Assembly: GCF_963921235.1 (NCBI RefSeq) | Contig: NC_086101.1 | Location: 1,922,001-1,986,000 of the forward strand | Direction: 5' to 3' | Length of the DNA stretch: 64,000 nucleotides | DNA from: Mobula hypostoma | Taxonomy: Eukaryota | Shown: in pieces, positions 1 to 15,000 of the stretch | Layout: each line of letters opens with the position of its first letter | Numbering within the stretch: position 1 is the stretch's first letter | The notes under the pieces: generated by a model | What the model saw: only the letters and a program-made list of their open reading frames with translations | What the model was told of the DNA's origin: nothing | Database searches by the model: none | Position numbers and translations under genes: made by a program

Positions 1-3000
1 GGGAAGGTGTACAGTGTGTGGGGACGGGGGGTGAGGGAAGGTGTACAGTGTGTGGGGACGGGGGGTGAGGGAAGGTGTACAGTGTGTGTGGGGGGTGAGG
101 GAAGGTGTACAGTGTGTGGGGACGGGGGGTGAGGGAAGGTGTACAGCGTGTGGGGGGTGAGGGAAGGTGTACAGTGTGTGGGGACGGTGGGGTGAGGGAA
201 GGTGTACAGTGTGTGGGGGGGTGAGGGATGGTGTACAGTGTGTGGGGGGTGAGGGAAGGTGTACAGTGTGTGGGGACGGTGGGGTGAGGGAAGGTGTACA
301 GTGTGTGGGGACGGGGGGTGAGGGAAGGTGTACAGTGTGTGGGGACGGGTGGGGAGGGAAGGTGTACAGTGTGTGGGGACGGGGGGTGAGGGAAGGTGTA
401 CAGTGTGTGGGGACGGGGGGTGAGGGAAGGTGTACAGTGTGTGGGGACGGGGGGTGAGGGAAGGTGTACAGTGTGTGGGGACGGGGGGTGAGGGAAGGTG
501 TACAGTGTGTGGGGACGGGGGTGAGGGAAGGTTTACAGTGTGTGGGGGGTGAGGGAAGGTGTACAGTGTGTGGGGACGGGGGGTGAGGGAAGGTGTACAG
601 TGTGTCGGGGGGGTGAGGGAAGGTGTACAGTGTGTGGGGACGGGGGGTGAGGGAAGGTGTACAGTGTGTGGGGGGGTGAGGGAAGGTGTACAGTGTGTGG
701 GGGGTGAGGGAAGGGGTGCAGTGTGTGGGGACGGGGGGTGAGGGAAGGTGTACAGTGAGTGGGGACGGGGGGTGAGGGAAGGTGTACAGTGTGTGGGGAC
801 GGGGGGGTGAGGTAAGGTGTACAGTCTGTGGGGGGGTGAGGGAAGGTGTACAGTGTGTGGGGACGGGGGGAGAGGGAAGGTGTACAGTGTGTGGGGGGGT
901 GAGGGAAGGTGTACAATGTGTGGGGACGGGGGGAGAGGGAAGGTGTACAGTGTGTGGGGACGGGGGGGTGAGGGAAGGTGTACAGTGTGTGGGGGGGTGA
1001 GGGAAGGTGTACAGTGTGTGGGGACAGGGGGGTGAGGGAAGGTGTACAGTGTGTGGGGATGGGGGGAGAGGGAAGGTGTACAGTGTGTGGGGGGGTGAGG
1101 GAAGGTGTACAGTGTGTGGGGACGGGGGGTGAGGGAAGGTGTACAGTGTGTGGGGATGGGGGGTGAGGGAAGGTGTACAGTGTGTGGGGGGGTGAGGGAA
1201 GGTGTACAGTGTGTGGGGGGGTGAGGGAAGGTGTACAGTGTGTGGGGATGGGGGGAGAGGGAAGGTGTACAGTGTGTGGGGACGGGGGGGTGAGGGAAGG
1301 TGTACAGTGTGTGGGGACGGAGGGGTGAGGGAAGGTGTACAGTGTGTGGGGACGGGGGGTGAGGGAAGGTGTACAGTGTGTGTGGGGGGTGAGGGAAGGT
1401 GTACAGTGTGTGGGGACGGGGGGTGAGGGAAGGTGTACAGTGTGTGGGGGGGTGAGGGAAGGTGTACAGTGTGTGGGGGGTGAGGGAAGGTGTACAGTGT
1501 GTGGGGACGGGGGGTGAGGGAAGGTGTACAGTGTGTGGGGGGGTGAGGGAAGGTGTACAGTGTGTGGGGACGGGGGGTGAGGGAAGGTGTACAGTGTGTG
1601 GGGACGGGGGGTGAGGGAAGGTGTACAGTGTGTGGGGACGGGGGGTGAGGGAAGGTGTACAGTGTGTGGGGGGTGAGGGAAGGTGTACAGTGTGTGGGGA
1701 CGGGGGGTGAGGGAAGGTGTACAGTGTGTGGGGGGTGAGGGAAGGTGTACAGTGTGTGGGGACGGGGGGTGAGGGAAGGTGTACAGTGTGTGGGGGGTGA
1801 GGGAAGGTGTACAGTGTGTGGGGGGTGAGGGAAGGTGTACAGTGTGTGGGGGGTGAGGGAAGGTATACAGTGTGTGGGGACGGTGGGGTGAGGGAAGGTG
1901 TACATTGTGTGGGGGGGTGAGGGATGGTGTACAGTGTGTGGGGGGTGAGGGAAGGTGTACAGTGTGTGGGGACGGTGGGGTGAGGGAAGGTGTACAGTGT
2001 GTGGGGACGGGGGGTGAGGGAAGGTGTACAGTGTGTGGGGGGGTGAGGGAAGGTGTACAGTGTGTGGGGACGGGGGGAGAGGGAAGGTGTACAGTGTGTG
2101 GGGACGGGGGGTGAGGGAAGGTGTACAGTGTGTGGGGGGGTGAGGGAAGGTGTACAGTGTGTGGGGGGGGGGTGAGGGAAGGTGTACAGTGTGTGGGGAC
2201 GGAGGGGTCAGGGAAGGTGTACAGTGTGTGGGGACGGTGGGGGTGAGGGAAGGTGTACAGTGTGTGGGGACGGGGGGGTGAGGGAAGGTGTACAGTGTGG
2301 GGGACGGGGGGTGAGGGAAGGTGTACAGTGTGTGGGGACGTGGGGTGAGGGAAGGTGTACAGTCTGTGGGGACGGGGGGGTGAGGGAAGGTGTACAGTGT
2401 GTGGGGACGGGGGGGTGAGGGAAGGTGTACAGTGTGTGGGGACGAGGGGTGAGGGAAGGTGTACAGTGTGTGGGGGGGTGAGGGAAGGTGTGCAGTGTGT
2501 GGGGACGGGGGGGTGAGGGAAGGTGTACAGTGTGTGCGGGGGAGAGGGATGGTGTACAGTGTGTGGGGACGGGGGGGTGAGGGAAGGTGTACAGTGTGTG
2601 GGGACGGGGGGGTGAGGGAAGGTGTACAGTGTGTGGGGGGGTGAGGGAAGGTGTACAGTGTGTGGGGACGGGGGGTGAGGGAAGGTGTACAGTGTGTGGG
2701 GACGGGGGGGTGAGGGAAGGTGTACAGTGTGTGGGGACGGGGGGGAGAGGGAAGGTGTACAGTGTGTGGGGACGGGGGGTGAGGGAAGGTGTACAGTGTG
2801 TGGGGGGGTGAGGGAAGGTGTACAGTGTGTGGGGGGGTGAGGGAAGGTGTACAGTGTGTGGGGGGTGAGGGAAGGTGTACAGTGTGTGGGGACGGGGGGG
2901 TGAGGGAAGGTGTACAGTGTGTGGGGACGGGGGGGTGAGGGAAGGTGTACAGTGTGTGGGGAGGGGGGTGAGGGAAGGTATACACTGTGTGGGGACAGGG

Positions 3001-6000
3001 GGGTGAGGGAAGGTGTACAGTGTGTGGGGACGGGGGGGGTGAGGGAAGGTGTACAGTGTGTGGGGACGGGGGGTGAGGGAAGGTGTACAGTGTGTGGGGG
3101 GGTGAGGGAAGGTGTACAGTGTGTGGGGACGGGGGGTGAGGGAAGGTGTACAGTGTGTGGGGACGGGGGGGTGAGGGAAGGTGTACAGTGTGTGGGGGGG
3201 TGAGGGAAGGTGTACAGTGTGTGGGGACGGGGGGGTGAGGGAAGGTGTACAGTGTGTGGGGACGGGGGGTGAGGGAAGGTGTACAGTGTGTGGGGGGGTG
3301 AGGGAAGGTGTACAGTGTGTGGGGGGGTGAGGGAAAGTGCACAGTGTGTGGGGATGGGGGGAGAGGGAAGGTGTACAGTGTGTGGGGGGGTGAGGGAAGG
3401 TGTACAGTGCGTGGGGGGGTGAGGGAAGGTGTACAGTGTGTGGGGACGGGGGGGTGAGGGAAGATGTACAGTGTGTGGGGACGGGGGGGTGAGGGAAGGT
3501 GTACAGTGTGTGGGGACAGGGGGTTGAGGGAAGGTGTACAGTGTTTGGGGACGGTGGGGGTGAGGGAAGGTGTACAGTGTGTGGGGACGGGGGGGTGAGA
3601 GAAGGTGTACAGTGTGTGGGGACGGGGGGGTGAGGGAAGGTGTACAGTGTGTGGGGACGGGGGGTGAGGGAAGGTGTACAGTGTGTGGGGACGGGGGGTG
3701 AGGGAAGGTGTACAGTGTGTGGGGGGGTGAGGGAAGGTGTACAGTGTGTGGGGACGGGGGGTGAGGGAAGGTGTACAGTGTGTGGGGGGTGAGGGAAGGT
3801 GTACAGTGTGGGGGACGGGGGGTGAGGGAAGGTGTACAGTGTGTGGGGGGTGAGGGAAGGTGTACAGTGTGTGGGGGGTGAGGGAAGGTGTACAGTGTGT
3901 GGGGGGGTGAGGGAAGGTGTACAGTGTGTGGGGACGGTGGGGTGAGGGAAGGTGTACAGTGTGTGGGGGGGTGAGGGAAGGTGTACAGTGTGTGGGGGGT
4001 GAGGGAAGGTGTACAGTGTGTGGGGACGGTGGGGTGAGGGAAGGTGTACAGTGTGTGGGGACGGGGGGTGAGGGAAGGTGTACAGTGTGTGGGGGGGTGA
4101 GGGAAGGTGTACAGTGTGTGGGGACGGGGGGAGAGGGAAGGTGTAAAGTGTGTGGGGACGGGGGGTGAGGGAACGTGTACAGTGTGTGGGGGGGTGAGGG
4201 AAGGTGTACAGTGTGTGGGGGGTGAGGAAAGGTGTACAGTGTGTGGGGACGGAGGGGTGAGGGAAGGTGTACAGTGTGTGGGGACGGTGGGGGTGAGGGA
4301 AGGTGTACAGTGTGTGGGGACGGGGGGGTGAGGGAAGGTGTACAGTGTGCGGGGACGGGGGGTGAGGTAAGGTGTACAGTGTGTGGGGACGTGGGGTGAG
4401 GGAAGGTGTACAGTCTGTGGGGACGGGGGGGTGAGGGAAGGTGTACAGTGTGTGGGGACGGGGGGGTGAGTGAAGGTGTACAGTGTGTGGGGACGAGGGG
4501 TGAGGGAAGGTGTACAATCTGTGGGGGGGTGAGGGAAGGTGTGCAGTGTGTGGGGACGGGGGGGTGAGGGAAGGTGTACAGTGTGTGGTGGGGAGAGGGA
4601 TGGTGTACACTGTGTGGGGACGGGGGGGTGAGGGAAGGTGTACAGTGTGTGGGGACGGGGGGGTGAGGGAAGGTGTACAGTGTGTGGGGGGGTGAGGGAA
4701 GGTGTACAGTGTGTGGGGACGGGGGGTGAGGGAAGGTGTACAGTGTGTGGGGACGGGGGGGTGAGGGAAGGTGTACAGTGTGTGGGGACGGGGGGGTGAG
4801 GGAAGGTGTACAGTGTGTGGGGACGGGGGGGTGAGGGAAGGTGTACAGTGTGTGGGGGGGTGAGGGAAGGTGTACAGTGTGTGGGGACGGAGGGTGAGGG
4901 AAGGTGTACAGTGTGTGGGGGGTGAGGGAAGGTGTACAGTGTGTGGGGACGGGGGGTGAGGGAAGGTGTACAGTGTGTGGGGACGGGGGGTGAGGGAAGG
5001 TGTACAGTGTGTGGGGGGGTGAGGGAAGGTGTACAGTGTGTGGGGGGGTGAGGGAAGGTGTACAGTGTGTGGGGATGGGGGGTGAGGGAAGGTGTACAGT
5101 GTGTGGGGACGGGGGGTGAGGGAAGGTGTACAGTGTGTGGGGACGGGGGGTGAGGGAAGGTGTACAGTGTGTGGGGACGGGGGGTAAGGGAAGGTGTACA
5201 GTGTGTGGGGGGTGAGGGAAGGTGTACAGTGTGTGGGGACGGGGGGTGAGGGAAGGTGTACAGTGTGTGGGGGGTGAGGGAAGGTGTACAGTGTGGGGGA
5301 CGGGGGGTGAGGGAAGGTGTACAGTGTGTGGGGGGGTGAGGGAAGGTGTACAGTGTGTGGGGGGTGAGGGAAGGTGTACAGTGTGTGGGGGGGGTGAGGG
5401 AAGGTGTACAGTGTGTGGGGACGGGGGGTGAGGGAAGGTGTACAGTGTGTGGGGGGGTGAGGGAAGGTGTACAGTGTGTGGGGACGGGGGGTGAGGGAAG
5501 GTGTACAGTGTGTGGGGGGGTGAGGGAAGGTGTACAGTGTGGGGGACGGGGGGTGAGGGAAGGTGTACAGTGTGTGGGGACGGGGGGTGAGGGAAGGTGT
5601 ACAGTGTGTGGGGGGGGTGAGGGAAGGTGTACAGTGTGTGGGGGGTGAGGGAAGGTGTACAGTGTGTGGGGACGGGGGGGTGAGGGAAGGTGTACAGTGT
5701 GTGGGGGGGTGAGGGAAGGTGTACAGTGTGTGGGGGGGTGAGGGAAGGTGTACAGTGTGTGGGGACGGTGGGGTGAGGGAAGGTGTACAGTGTGTGGGGA
5801 CGGGGGGTGAGGGAAGGTGTACAGTGTGTGGGGGGGTGAGGGAAGGTGTACAGTGTGTGGGGACGGGGGGAGAGGGAAGGTGTACAGTGTGTGGGGACGG
5901 GGGGTGAGGGAACGTGTACAGTGTGTGGGGGGGTGAGGGAAGGTGTACAGTGTGTGGGGACGGTGGGGTGAGGGAAGGTGTACAGTGTGTGGGGACGGGG

Positions 6001-9000
6001 GGTGAGGGAAGGTGTACAGTGTGTGGGGGGGTGAGGGAAGGTGTACAGTGTGTGGGGGGTGAGGGAAGGTGTACAGTGTGTGGGGACGGGGGGTGAGGGA
6101 AGGTGTACAGTGTGTGGGGGGGTGAGGGAAGGTGTACAGTGTGTGGGGGGTGAGGAAAGGTGTACAGTGTGTGGGGACGGAGGGGTGAGGGAAGGTGTAC
6201 AGTGTGTGGGGACGGTGGGGGTGAGGGAAGGTGTACAGTGTGTGGGGACGGGGGGGTGAGGGAAGGTGTACAGTGTGTGGGGACGTGGGGTGAGGGAAGG
6301 TGTACAGTCTGTGGGGACGGGGGGGTGAGGGAAGGTGTACAGTGTGTGGGGACGGGGGGGTGAGGGAAGGTGTACAGTGTGTGGGGACGAGGGGTGAGGG
6401 AAGGTGTACAATGTGTGGGGGGGTGAGGGAAGGTGTACAGTGTGTGGGGACGGGGGGTGAGGGAAGGTGTACAGTGTGTGGGGGGGAGAGGGATGGTGTA
6501 CACTGTGTTGGGACGGGGGGGTGAGGGAAGGTGTACAGTGTGTGGGGACGGGGGGCTGAGGGAAGGTGTACAGTGTTTGGGGGGGTGAGGGAAGGTGTAC
6601 AGTGTGTGGGAACGGGGGGTGAGGGAAGGTGTACAGTGTGTGGGGACGGGGGGGGAGGGAAGGTGTACAGTGTGTGGGGACGGGGGGGTGAGGGAAGGTG
6701 TACAGTGTGTGGGGACGGGGGGTGAGGGAAGGTGTACAGTGTGTGTGGGGGGTGAGGGAAGGTGTACAGTGTGTGGGGGGGTGAGGGAAGGTGTACAGTG
6801 TGTGGGGGGGTGAGGGAAGGTGTACAGTGTGTGGGGACAGGGGGTGAGGGAAGGTGTACAGTGTGTGGGGACGGGGGAGTGAGGGAAGGTGTACAGTGTG
6901 TGGGGACGAGGGGTGAGGGAAGGTGTACAGTGTGTGGGGACGGGGGGGTGAGGGAAGGTGTACAGTGTGTGGGCGAGGGGTGAGGGAAGGTGTACAGTGT
7001 GTGGGGGGGGTTAGGGAAGGTGTACAGTGTGTGGGGGGGTGAGGGAAGGTGTACAGTGTGTGGGGACGGGGGGTGAGGGAAGGTGTACAGTGTGTGGGGG
7101 GGTGAGGGAAGGTGTACAGTGTGTGGGGGGGTGAGGGAAGGTGTACAGTGTGTGGGGACGGGGGGGTGAGGGAAGGTGTACAGTGTGTGGGGGGGTGAGG
7201 GAAGGTGTACAGTGTGTGTGGGGGGTGGGGAAGGTGTACAGTGTGTGGGGACGGGGGGTGAGGGAAGGTGTACAGTGTGTGGGGGGGTGAGGGAAGGTGT
7301 ACAGTGTGTGGGGACGGGGGGGTGAGGGAAGGTGTACAGTGTGTGGGGACGGGGGGTGAGGGAAGGTGTACAGTGTGTGGGGACGGGGGGGAGAGGGAAG
7401 GTGTACAGTGTGTGGGGACGGGGGGTGAGGGAAGGTGTACAGTGTGTGTGGGGTGTGAGGGAAGGTGTACAGTGTGTGGGGGGGTGAGGGAAGGTGTACA
7501 GTGTGTGGGGGGGTGAGGGAAGGTGTACAGTGTGTGGGGACGGGGGTGAGGGAAGGTGTACAGTGTGTGGGGACGGGGGGTGAGGGAAGGTGTACAGTGT
7601 GTGGGGACGGGGGGGTGAGGGAAGGTGTACAGTGTGTGGGGACGGGGGGTGAGGGAAGGTGTACAGTGTGTTGGGACGGAGGGGTGAGGGAAGGTGTACA
7701 GTGTGTGGGGACGGGGGGTGAGGGAAGGTGTACAGTGTGTGGGGGGGTGAGGGAAGGTGTACAGTGTGTGGGGACAGGGGGTGAGGGAAGGTGTACAGTG
7801 TGTGGGGACGGGGGAGTGAGGGAAGGTGTACAGTGTGTGGGGACGAGGGGTGAGGGAAGGTGTACAGTGTGTGGGGACGGGGGGGTGAGGGAAGGTGTAC
7901 AGTGTGTGGGGACGAGGGGTGAGGGAAGGTGTACAGTGTGTGGGGGGGGAGGGAAGGTGTACAGTGTGTGGGGGGGTGAGGGAAGGTGTACAGTGTGTGG
8001 GGACGGGGGGTGAGGGAAGGTGTACAGTGTGTGGGGGGGTGAGGGAAGGTGTACAGTGTGTGGGGGGTGAGCGAAGGTGTACAGTGTGTGGGGACGGGGG
8101 GGTGAGAGAAGGTGTACAGTGTGTGGGGGGGTGAGGGAAGGTGTACAGTGTGTGTGGGGGGTGGGGAAGGTGTACAGTGTGTGGGGACGGGGGGTGAGGG
8201 AAGGTGTACAGTGTGTGGGGGGGTGAGGGAAGGTGTACAGTGTGTGGGGATGGGGGGGTGAGGGAAGGTGTACAGTGTGTGTGGGGGGTGAGGGAAGGTG
8301 TACAGTGTGTGGGGACGGCGGGAGGTGAGGGAAGGTGTACAGTGTGTGGGGGGGTGAGGGAAGGTGTACAGTGTGTGGGGACTGGGGGGTGAGGGAAGGT
8401 GTACAGTGTGTGGGGACGGGGGGTGAGGGAAGGTGTACAGTGTGTGGGGACGGGGGGGTGAGGGAAGGTGTACAGTGTGTGGTGGGGTGAGGGAAGGTGT
8501 ACAGTGTGTGGGGACGGCGGGATGTGAGGGAAGGTGTACAGTGTGTGGGGGGGTGAGGGAAGGTGTACAGTGTGTGGGGGGTGAGGGATGGTGTACAGTG
8601 TGTGGGGACGGGGGGAGAGGGAAGGTGTACAGTGTGTGTGGGGATGTACATTGTGTGGGGTGGTGAGGGATGGTGTACAGTGTGTGGGGATGGGGGGAGA
8701 GGGAAGGTGTACAGTGTGTGTGGGGACGGGGGGGTGAGGGAAGGTGAACGGTGTGTGGGGACGGGGGGGTGAGGGAAGGTGTACAGTGTGTGGGGACGGG
8801 GGGGTGAGGGAAGGTGTACAGTCTGTGGGGGGGTGAGGGAAGGTGTACAGTGTGTGGGGACGGTGGGGTGAGGGAAGGTGTACAGTGTGTGGGGACGGGG
8901 GGTGAGGGAAGGTGTACAGTGTGTGGGGGGGGTGAGGGAACGTGTACAGTGTGTGGGGACGGGGGGAGAGGGAAGGTGTACAGTGTGTGGGGACGGGGGG

Positions 9001-12000
9001 GTGAGGGAACGTGTACAGTGTGTGGGGGGTGAGGGAAGGTGTACAGTGTGTGGGGGGTGAGGAAAGGTGTACAGTGTGTGGGGACGGGGGGGTGAGGGAA
9101 GGTGTACAGTGTGTGGGGACGGGGGGGTGAGGGTAGGTGTACAGTGTGTGGGGACGGGGGGTGAGGGAAGGTGTACAGTGTGTGGGGACGTGGGGTGAGG
9201 GAAGGTGTACAGTGTGTGGGGACGGGGGGGTGAGGGAAGGTGTACAGTGTGTGTGGGGGGGTGAGGGAAGGTGTACAGTGTGTGGGGACGAGGGGTGAGG
9301 GAAGGTGTACAATGTGTGGGGGGGTGAGGGAAGGTGTGCAGTGTGTGGGGACGGGGGGGGTGAGGGAAGGTGTACAGTGTGTGGGGGGGAGAGGGATGGT
9401 GTACACTGTGTGGGGACGGGGGGGTGAGGGAAGGTGTACAGCGTGTGGGGACGGGGGGGTGAGGGAAGGTGTACAGTGTGTGGGGGGTGAGGGAAGGTGT
9501 ACAGTGTGTGGGGACGGGGGGTGAGGGAAGGTGTACAGTGTGTGGGGACGGGGGGGTGAGGGAAGGTGTACAGTGTGTGGGGACGGGGGGGAGAGGGAAG
9601 GTGTACAGTGTGTGGGGACGGGGGGTGAGGGAAGGTGTACAGTGTGTGTGGGGTGTGAGGGAAGGTGTACAGTGTGTGGGGGTTGAGGGAAGGTGTACAG
9701 TGTGTGGGGGGTGAGGGAAGGTGTACAGTGTGTGGGGACGGGGGGTGAGGGAAGGTGTACAGTCTGTGGGGACGGGGGGGTGAGGGAAGGTGTACAGTGT
9801 GTGGGGACGGGGGGTGAGTGAAGGTGTACAGTGTGTGGGGGGGTGAGGGAAGGTGTACAGTGTGTGGGGACGAGGGGGTGAGGGAAGGTGTACAGTCTGT
9901 GGGGACGGGGGGGTGAGGGAAGGTGTACAGTGTGTGGGGACGGGGGGGTGAGGGAAGGTGTACAGTGTGTGGGGACGGGGGGTGAGGGAAGGTGTACAGT
10001 GTGTGGGGGGGTGAGGGAAGGTGTACAGTGTGTGGGGACGGGGGGGTGAGGGAAGGTGTACAGTGTGTGGGGACGGGGGGGTGAGGGAAGGTGTACAGTG
10101 TGTGGGGACGGGGGGGGTGAGTAAAGGTGTACAGTGTGTGGGGACAAGGGGTGAGGGAAGGTGTACAGTGTGTGGGGACGGGGGGGTGATGGAAGGTGTA
10201 CAGTGTGTGGGGACGGGGGGGTGAGGGAAGGTGTACAGTGTGTGGGGACGAGGGGTGAGGGAAGGTGTACAGTGTGTGGGGGGGTGAGGGAAGGTGTACA
10301 GTGTGTGGGAGGGTGAGGGAAGGTGTACAGTGTGTGGGGACGGGGGGGAGAGAAGGTGTACAGTGTGTGGGGGGGTGAGGGAAGGTGTACAGTGTGTGGG
10401 GACGGGGGGTGAGGGAAGGTGTACAGTGTGTGGGGACGGGGGGGTGAGGGAAGGTGTACAGTGTGTGGGGACGGCGGGGTGAGGGAAGGTGTACAGTGTG
10501 TGGGGACGGGGGGGTGAGGGAAGGTGTACAGTGTGTGGGGACGGGGGGGTGAGGGAAGGTGTACAGTGTGTGGGGACGGGGGGGTGAGGGAAGGTGTACA
10601 GTGTGTGGGGGGGTGAGGGAAGGTGTACAGTGTGTGGGGACAGTGGGGTGAGGGAAGGTGTACAGTGTGTGGGGACGGGAGGTGAGGGAAGGTGTACAGT
10701 GTGTGGGGATGGGGGGTGAGGGAAGGTGTACAGTGTGTGGGGGGGTGAGAGAAAGTGTACAGTGTGTGGGGATGGGGGGGTGAGGGAAGGTGTACAGTGT
10801 GTGGGGACGGGGGGTGAGGGAAGGTGTACAGTGTGTGGGGACGGGGGTGTGAGGGAAGGTGTACAGTGTGTGGGGACGGGGGGGTGAGGGAAGGTGTACA
10901 GTGTGTGGGGGGTGAGGGAAGGTGTACAGTGTGTGGGGATGGGGGGAGAGGGAAATTGTACAGTGTGTGGGGACGGGGGGTGAGGGAAGGTGTACGGTGT
11001 GTGGGGACGGGGGGGGTGAGGGAAGGTGTACAGTGTGTGGGGACGGGGGGGTGAGGGAAGGTGTACAGTGTGTGGGGGGTGAGGGAAGGTGTACAGTGTG
11101 TGGGGACGCGGGGGTGAGGGAAGGTGTACAGTCTGTGGGGGGTGAGCGAAGGTGTACAGTGTGTGGGGACGGGGGGGTGAGGGAAGGTGTACAGTGTGTG
11201 GGGACGGGGGGGTGAGGGAAGGTGTACAGTGTGTGTGGGGGGTGCGGGAAGGTGTACAGTGTGTGGGGACGGGGGGTGAGGGAAGGTGTACAGTGTGTGG
11301 GGGGGTGAGGGAAGGTGTACAGTGTGTGGGGACGGGGGGGTGTGGGAAGGTGTACAGTGTGTGGGGGGGGTGAGGGAAGGTGTACAGTGTGTGGGGGGGG
11401 TGAGGGAAGGTGTACAGTGTGTGGGGACGGCGGGAGGGGTGAGTGAAGGTGTACAGTGTGTGGGGGGGTGAGGGAAGGTGTACAGTGTGTGGGGACGGGG
11501 GGGTGAGGGAAGGTGTACAGTGTGTGGGGACGGGGGGTGAGGGAAGGTGTACAGTGTGTGGGGGGGTGAGGGAATGTATACAGTGTGTGGGGACGGGGGG
11601 TGAGGGAAGGTGTACAGTGTGTGGGGGGGTGAGGGAAGGTTTGCAGTATGTGGGGGGGTGTGGGAATGTGTACAGTGTGTGGGGGGGTGAGGGAAGGTTT
11701 GCAGTATGTGGGGGGGTGGTGTGGGGACGGCGGGAGGTGAGTGAAGGTGTACAGTGTGTGGGGGGGTGAGGGAAGGTGTACAGTGTGTGGGGACGGGGGG
11801 GTGAGGGAAGGTGTACAGTGTGTGGGGACGGGGGGTGAGGGAAGGTGTACAGTGTGTGGGGGGGTGAGGGAATGTGTACAGTGTGTGGGGACGGGGGGTG
11901 AGGGAAGGTGTACAGTGTGTGGGGGGGTGAGGGAAAGTTTGCAGTATGTGGGGGGGTGAGGGAATGTGTACAGTGTGTCGGGGGGTGAGGGAAGGTGTAC

Positions 12001-15000
12001 AGTGTGTGGGGGGGGTGAGGGAAGGTGTACAGTGTGTGGGGACGGGGGGGTGAGGGAAGGTGTACAGTGTGTGGGGGGGTTACAGTATGTGGGGGGGTGA
12101 GGGAAGGTGTACAGTGTGTGGGGGGTGAGGGAAGGTGTACAGTGTGTGGGGACGGGGGGTGAGGGAAGGTGTACAGTGTGTGGGGGGTGAGGGAAGGTGT
12201 ACAGTGTGTGGGGACGGGGGGTGAGGGAAGGTGTACAGTGTGTGTGGGGGGTGAGGGAAGGTGTACAGTGTGGGGGGGGGTGAGGGAAGGTGTACAGTGT
12301 GTGGGGACAGTGGGGTGAGGGAAGGTGTACAGTGTGTGGGGACAGTGGGGTGAGGGAAGGTGTACAGTGTGTGGGGGGGTGAGGGAAGGTGAACAGTGTG
12401 TGGGGACGGGTGGTGAGGGAAGGTGTACAGTGTGTGGGGGGGTGAGGGAAGGTGTACAGTGTGTGGGGACGGGGAGTGAGGGAAGGTGTACAGTGTGTGG
12501 GGGGGTGAGGGAAGGTGTGCAGTGTGTGGGGACGGGGGGCTGAGGGAAGGTGTACAGTGTGTGGGGACGGGGGGGTGAGGGAAGGTGTACAGTGTGTGGG
12601 GGGTGAGGGAAGGTGTACAGTGTTTGGGGGTTGAGGGAAGGTGTACAGTGTGTGGGGGGGTGAGGGAAGGTGTACAGTGTGTGGGGACGGAGGGGTGAGG
12701 GAAGGTGTACAGTGTGTGGGAACGGGGGGGTGAGGGTAGGTGTACAGTGTGTGGGGACGGGGGGTGAGGGAAGGTGTACAGTGTGTGGGGACGGGGGGGT
12801 GAGGGAAGGTGTACAGTGTGTGGGGACAGTGGGTTGAGGGAAGGTGTACAGTGTGTGGGGGGGTGAGGGAAGGTGTACAGTGTGTGGGGACGGGGGGGTG
12901 AGGGAAGGTGTACAGTGTGTGGGGGGGTGAGGGAAGGTGTACAGTGTGTGGGGACGGGGGTGAGGGAAGGTGTACAGTGTGTGGGGGGTGAGGGAAGGTG
13001 TACAGTGTGTGGGGACGGGGGTGTGAGGGAAGGTGTACAGTGTGTGGGGACGGGGGGTGAGGGAAGGTGTACAGTGTGTGGGGACGGGGGGGTGAGGGAA
13101 GGTGTACAGTGTGTGGGGGGTGAGGGAAGGTGTACAGTGTGTGGGGACGGGGGGAGAGGGAAGGTGTACAGTGTGTGGGGATGGGGGGTGAGGGAAGGTG
13201 TACAGTGTGTGGGGGGGTGAGGGAAGGTGTACAGTGTGTGGGAGGGTGAGGGAAAGTGCACAGTGTGTGGGGATGGGGGGAGAGGGAAGGTGTACAGTGT
13301 GTGGGGACGGGGGGGGTGAGGGAAGGTGTACAGTGTGTGGGGGGGTGAGGGAAGGTGTACAGTGTGTGGGGGGGGTGAGGGAAGGTGTACAGTGTGTGGG
13401 GGGGTGAGGGAAGGTGTACAGTGAGTGGGGACGGGGGGGTGAGGGAAGGTGTACAGTTTGTGGGGACGGGGGGTGAGGGAAGGTGTACAGTGTGTGGGGA
13501 CGGGGGGGTGAGGGAAGGTGTACAGTGTGTGGGGGGGGAGGGAAGGTGTACAGTGTGTGGGGACGGGGGTGAGGGAAGGTGTACAGTGTGTGGGGGGTGA
13601 GGGAAGGTGTACAGTGTGTGGGGACAGGGGGTGAGGGAAGGTGTACAGTGTGTGGGGGGGTGAGGGAAGGTGTACAGTGTGTGGGGACGGGGGTGAGGGA
13701 AGGTGTACAGTGTGTGGGGACGGGGGGTGAGGGAAGGTGTACAGTGTGTGGGGACGGGGGTGAGGGAAGGTGTACAGTGTGTGGGGGGGTGAGGGAAGGT
13801 ATACAGTGTGTGGGGACGGGGGGTGAGGGAAGGTGTACAGTGTGTGGGGGGTGAGGGATGGTGTACAGTGTGTGGGGACGGGGGGTGAGGGAAGGTGTAC
13901 AGTGTGTGGGAGGTGAGGGAAGGTGTACAGTGTGTGGGGGGGTGAGGGAAGGTGTACAGTGTGTGGGGGGTGAGGGAAGGTGTGCAGTGTGTGGGGGGGT
14001 GAGGGAAGGTGTACAGTGTGTGGGGACGGGGGGTGAGGGAAGGTGTACAGTGTGTGGGGACGGGGGGGTGAGGGAAGGTGTACAGTGTGTGGGGGGGTGA
14101 GGGAAGGTGTAGAGTGTGTGGGGGGTGAGGGAAGGTGTACAGTGTGTGGGGACGGGGGGGTGAGGGAAGGTGTACAGTCTGTGGGGACGGGGGGTGAGGG
14201 AAGGTGTACAGTGTGTGGGGACGGGGGGTGAGGGAAGGTGTACAGTGTGTGGGGACGGAGGGTGAGGGAAGGTGTACAGTGTGTGGGGATGGGGGGGTGA
14301 GGGAAGGTGTACAGTGTGTGGGGGGTGAGGGAAGGTGTACAGTGTGTGGGGACGGGGGTGAGGGAAGGTGTACAGTGTGTGGGGACGGGGGGTGAGGGAA
14401 GGTGTACAGTGTGTGGGGACGGGGGGAGAGGGAAGGTGTACAGTGTGTGGGGGGGTGAGGGAAGGTGTACAGTGTGTGGGGGGGTGAGGGATGGTGTACA
14501 GTGTGTGGGGACGGGGGGGGTGAGGGAACGTGTACAGTGTGTGGGGATGGTGGGGTGAGGGAAGGTGTACAGTGTGTGGGGGGTGAGGGAAGGTGTACAG
14601 TGTGTGGGGACGGGGGTGAGGGAAGGTGTACAGTGTGTGGGGACGGGGGGGTGAGGGAAGGTGTACAGTGTGTGGGGGGTGAGGGAACGTGTACAGTGTG
14701 TGGGGATGGGGGGGTGAGGGAAGGTGTACAGTGTGTGGGGGGTGAGGGAAGGTGTACAGTGTGTGGGGACGGGGGGGTGAGGGAAGGTGTACAGTGTGTG
14801 GGGACGGGGGGGTGAGGGAAGGTGTACAGTGTGTGGGGATGGGGGGGTGAGGGAAGGTGTACAGTGTTTGGGGACGGGGGTGAGGGAAGGTGTACAGTGT
14901 GTGGGGACGGGGGGTGAGGGAAGGTGTACAGTGTGTGGGGGGTGAGGGAAGGTGTACAGTGTGTGGGGACGGGGGTGAGGGAAGGTGTACAGTGTGTGGG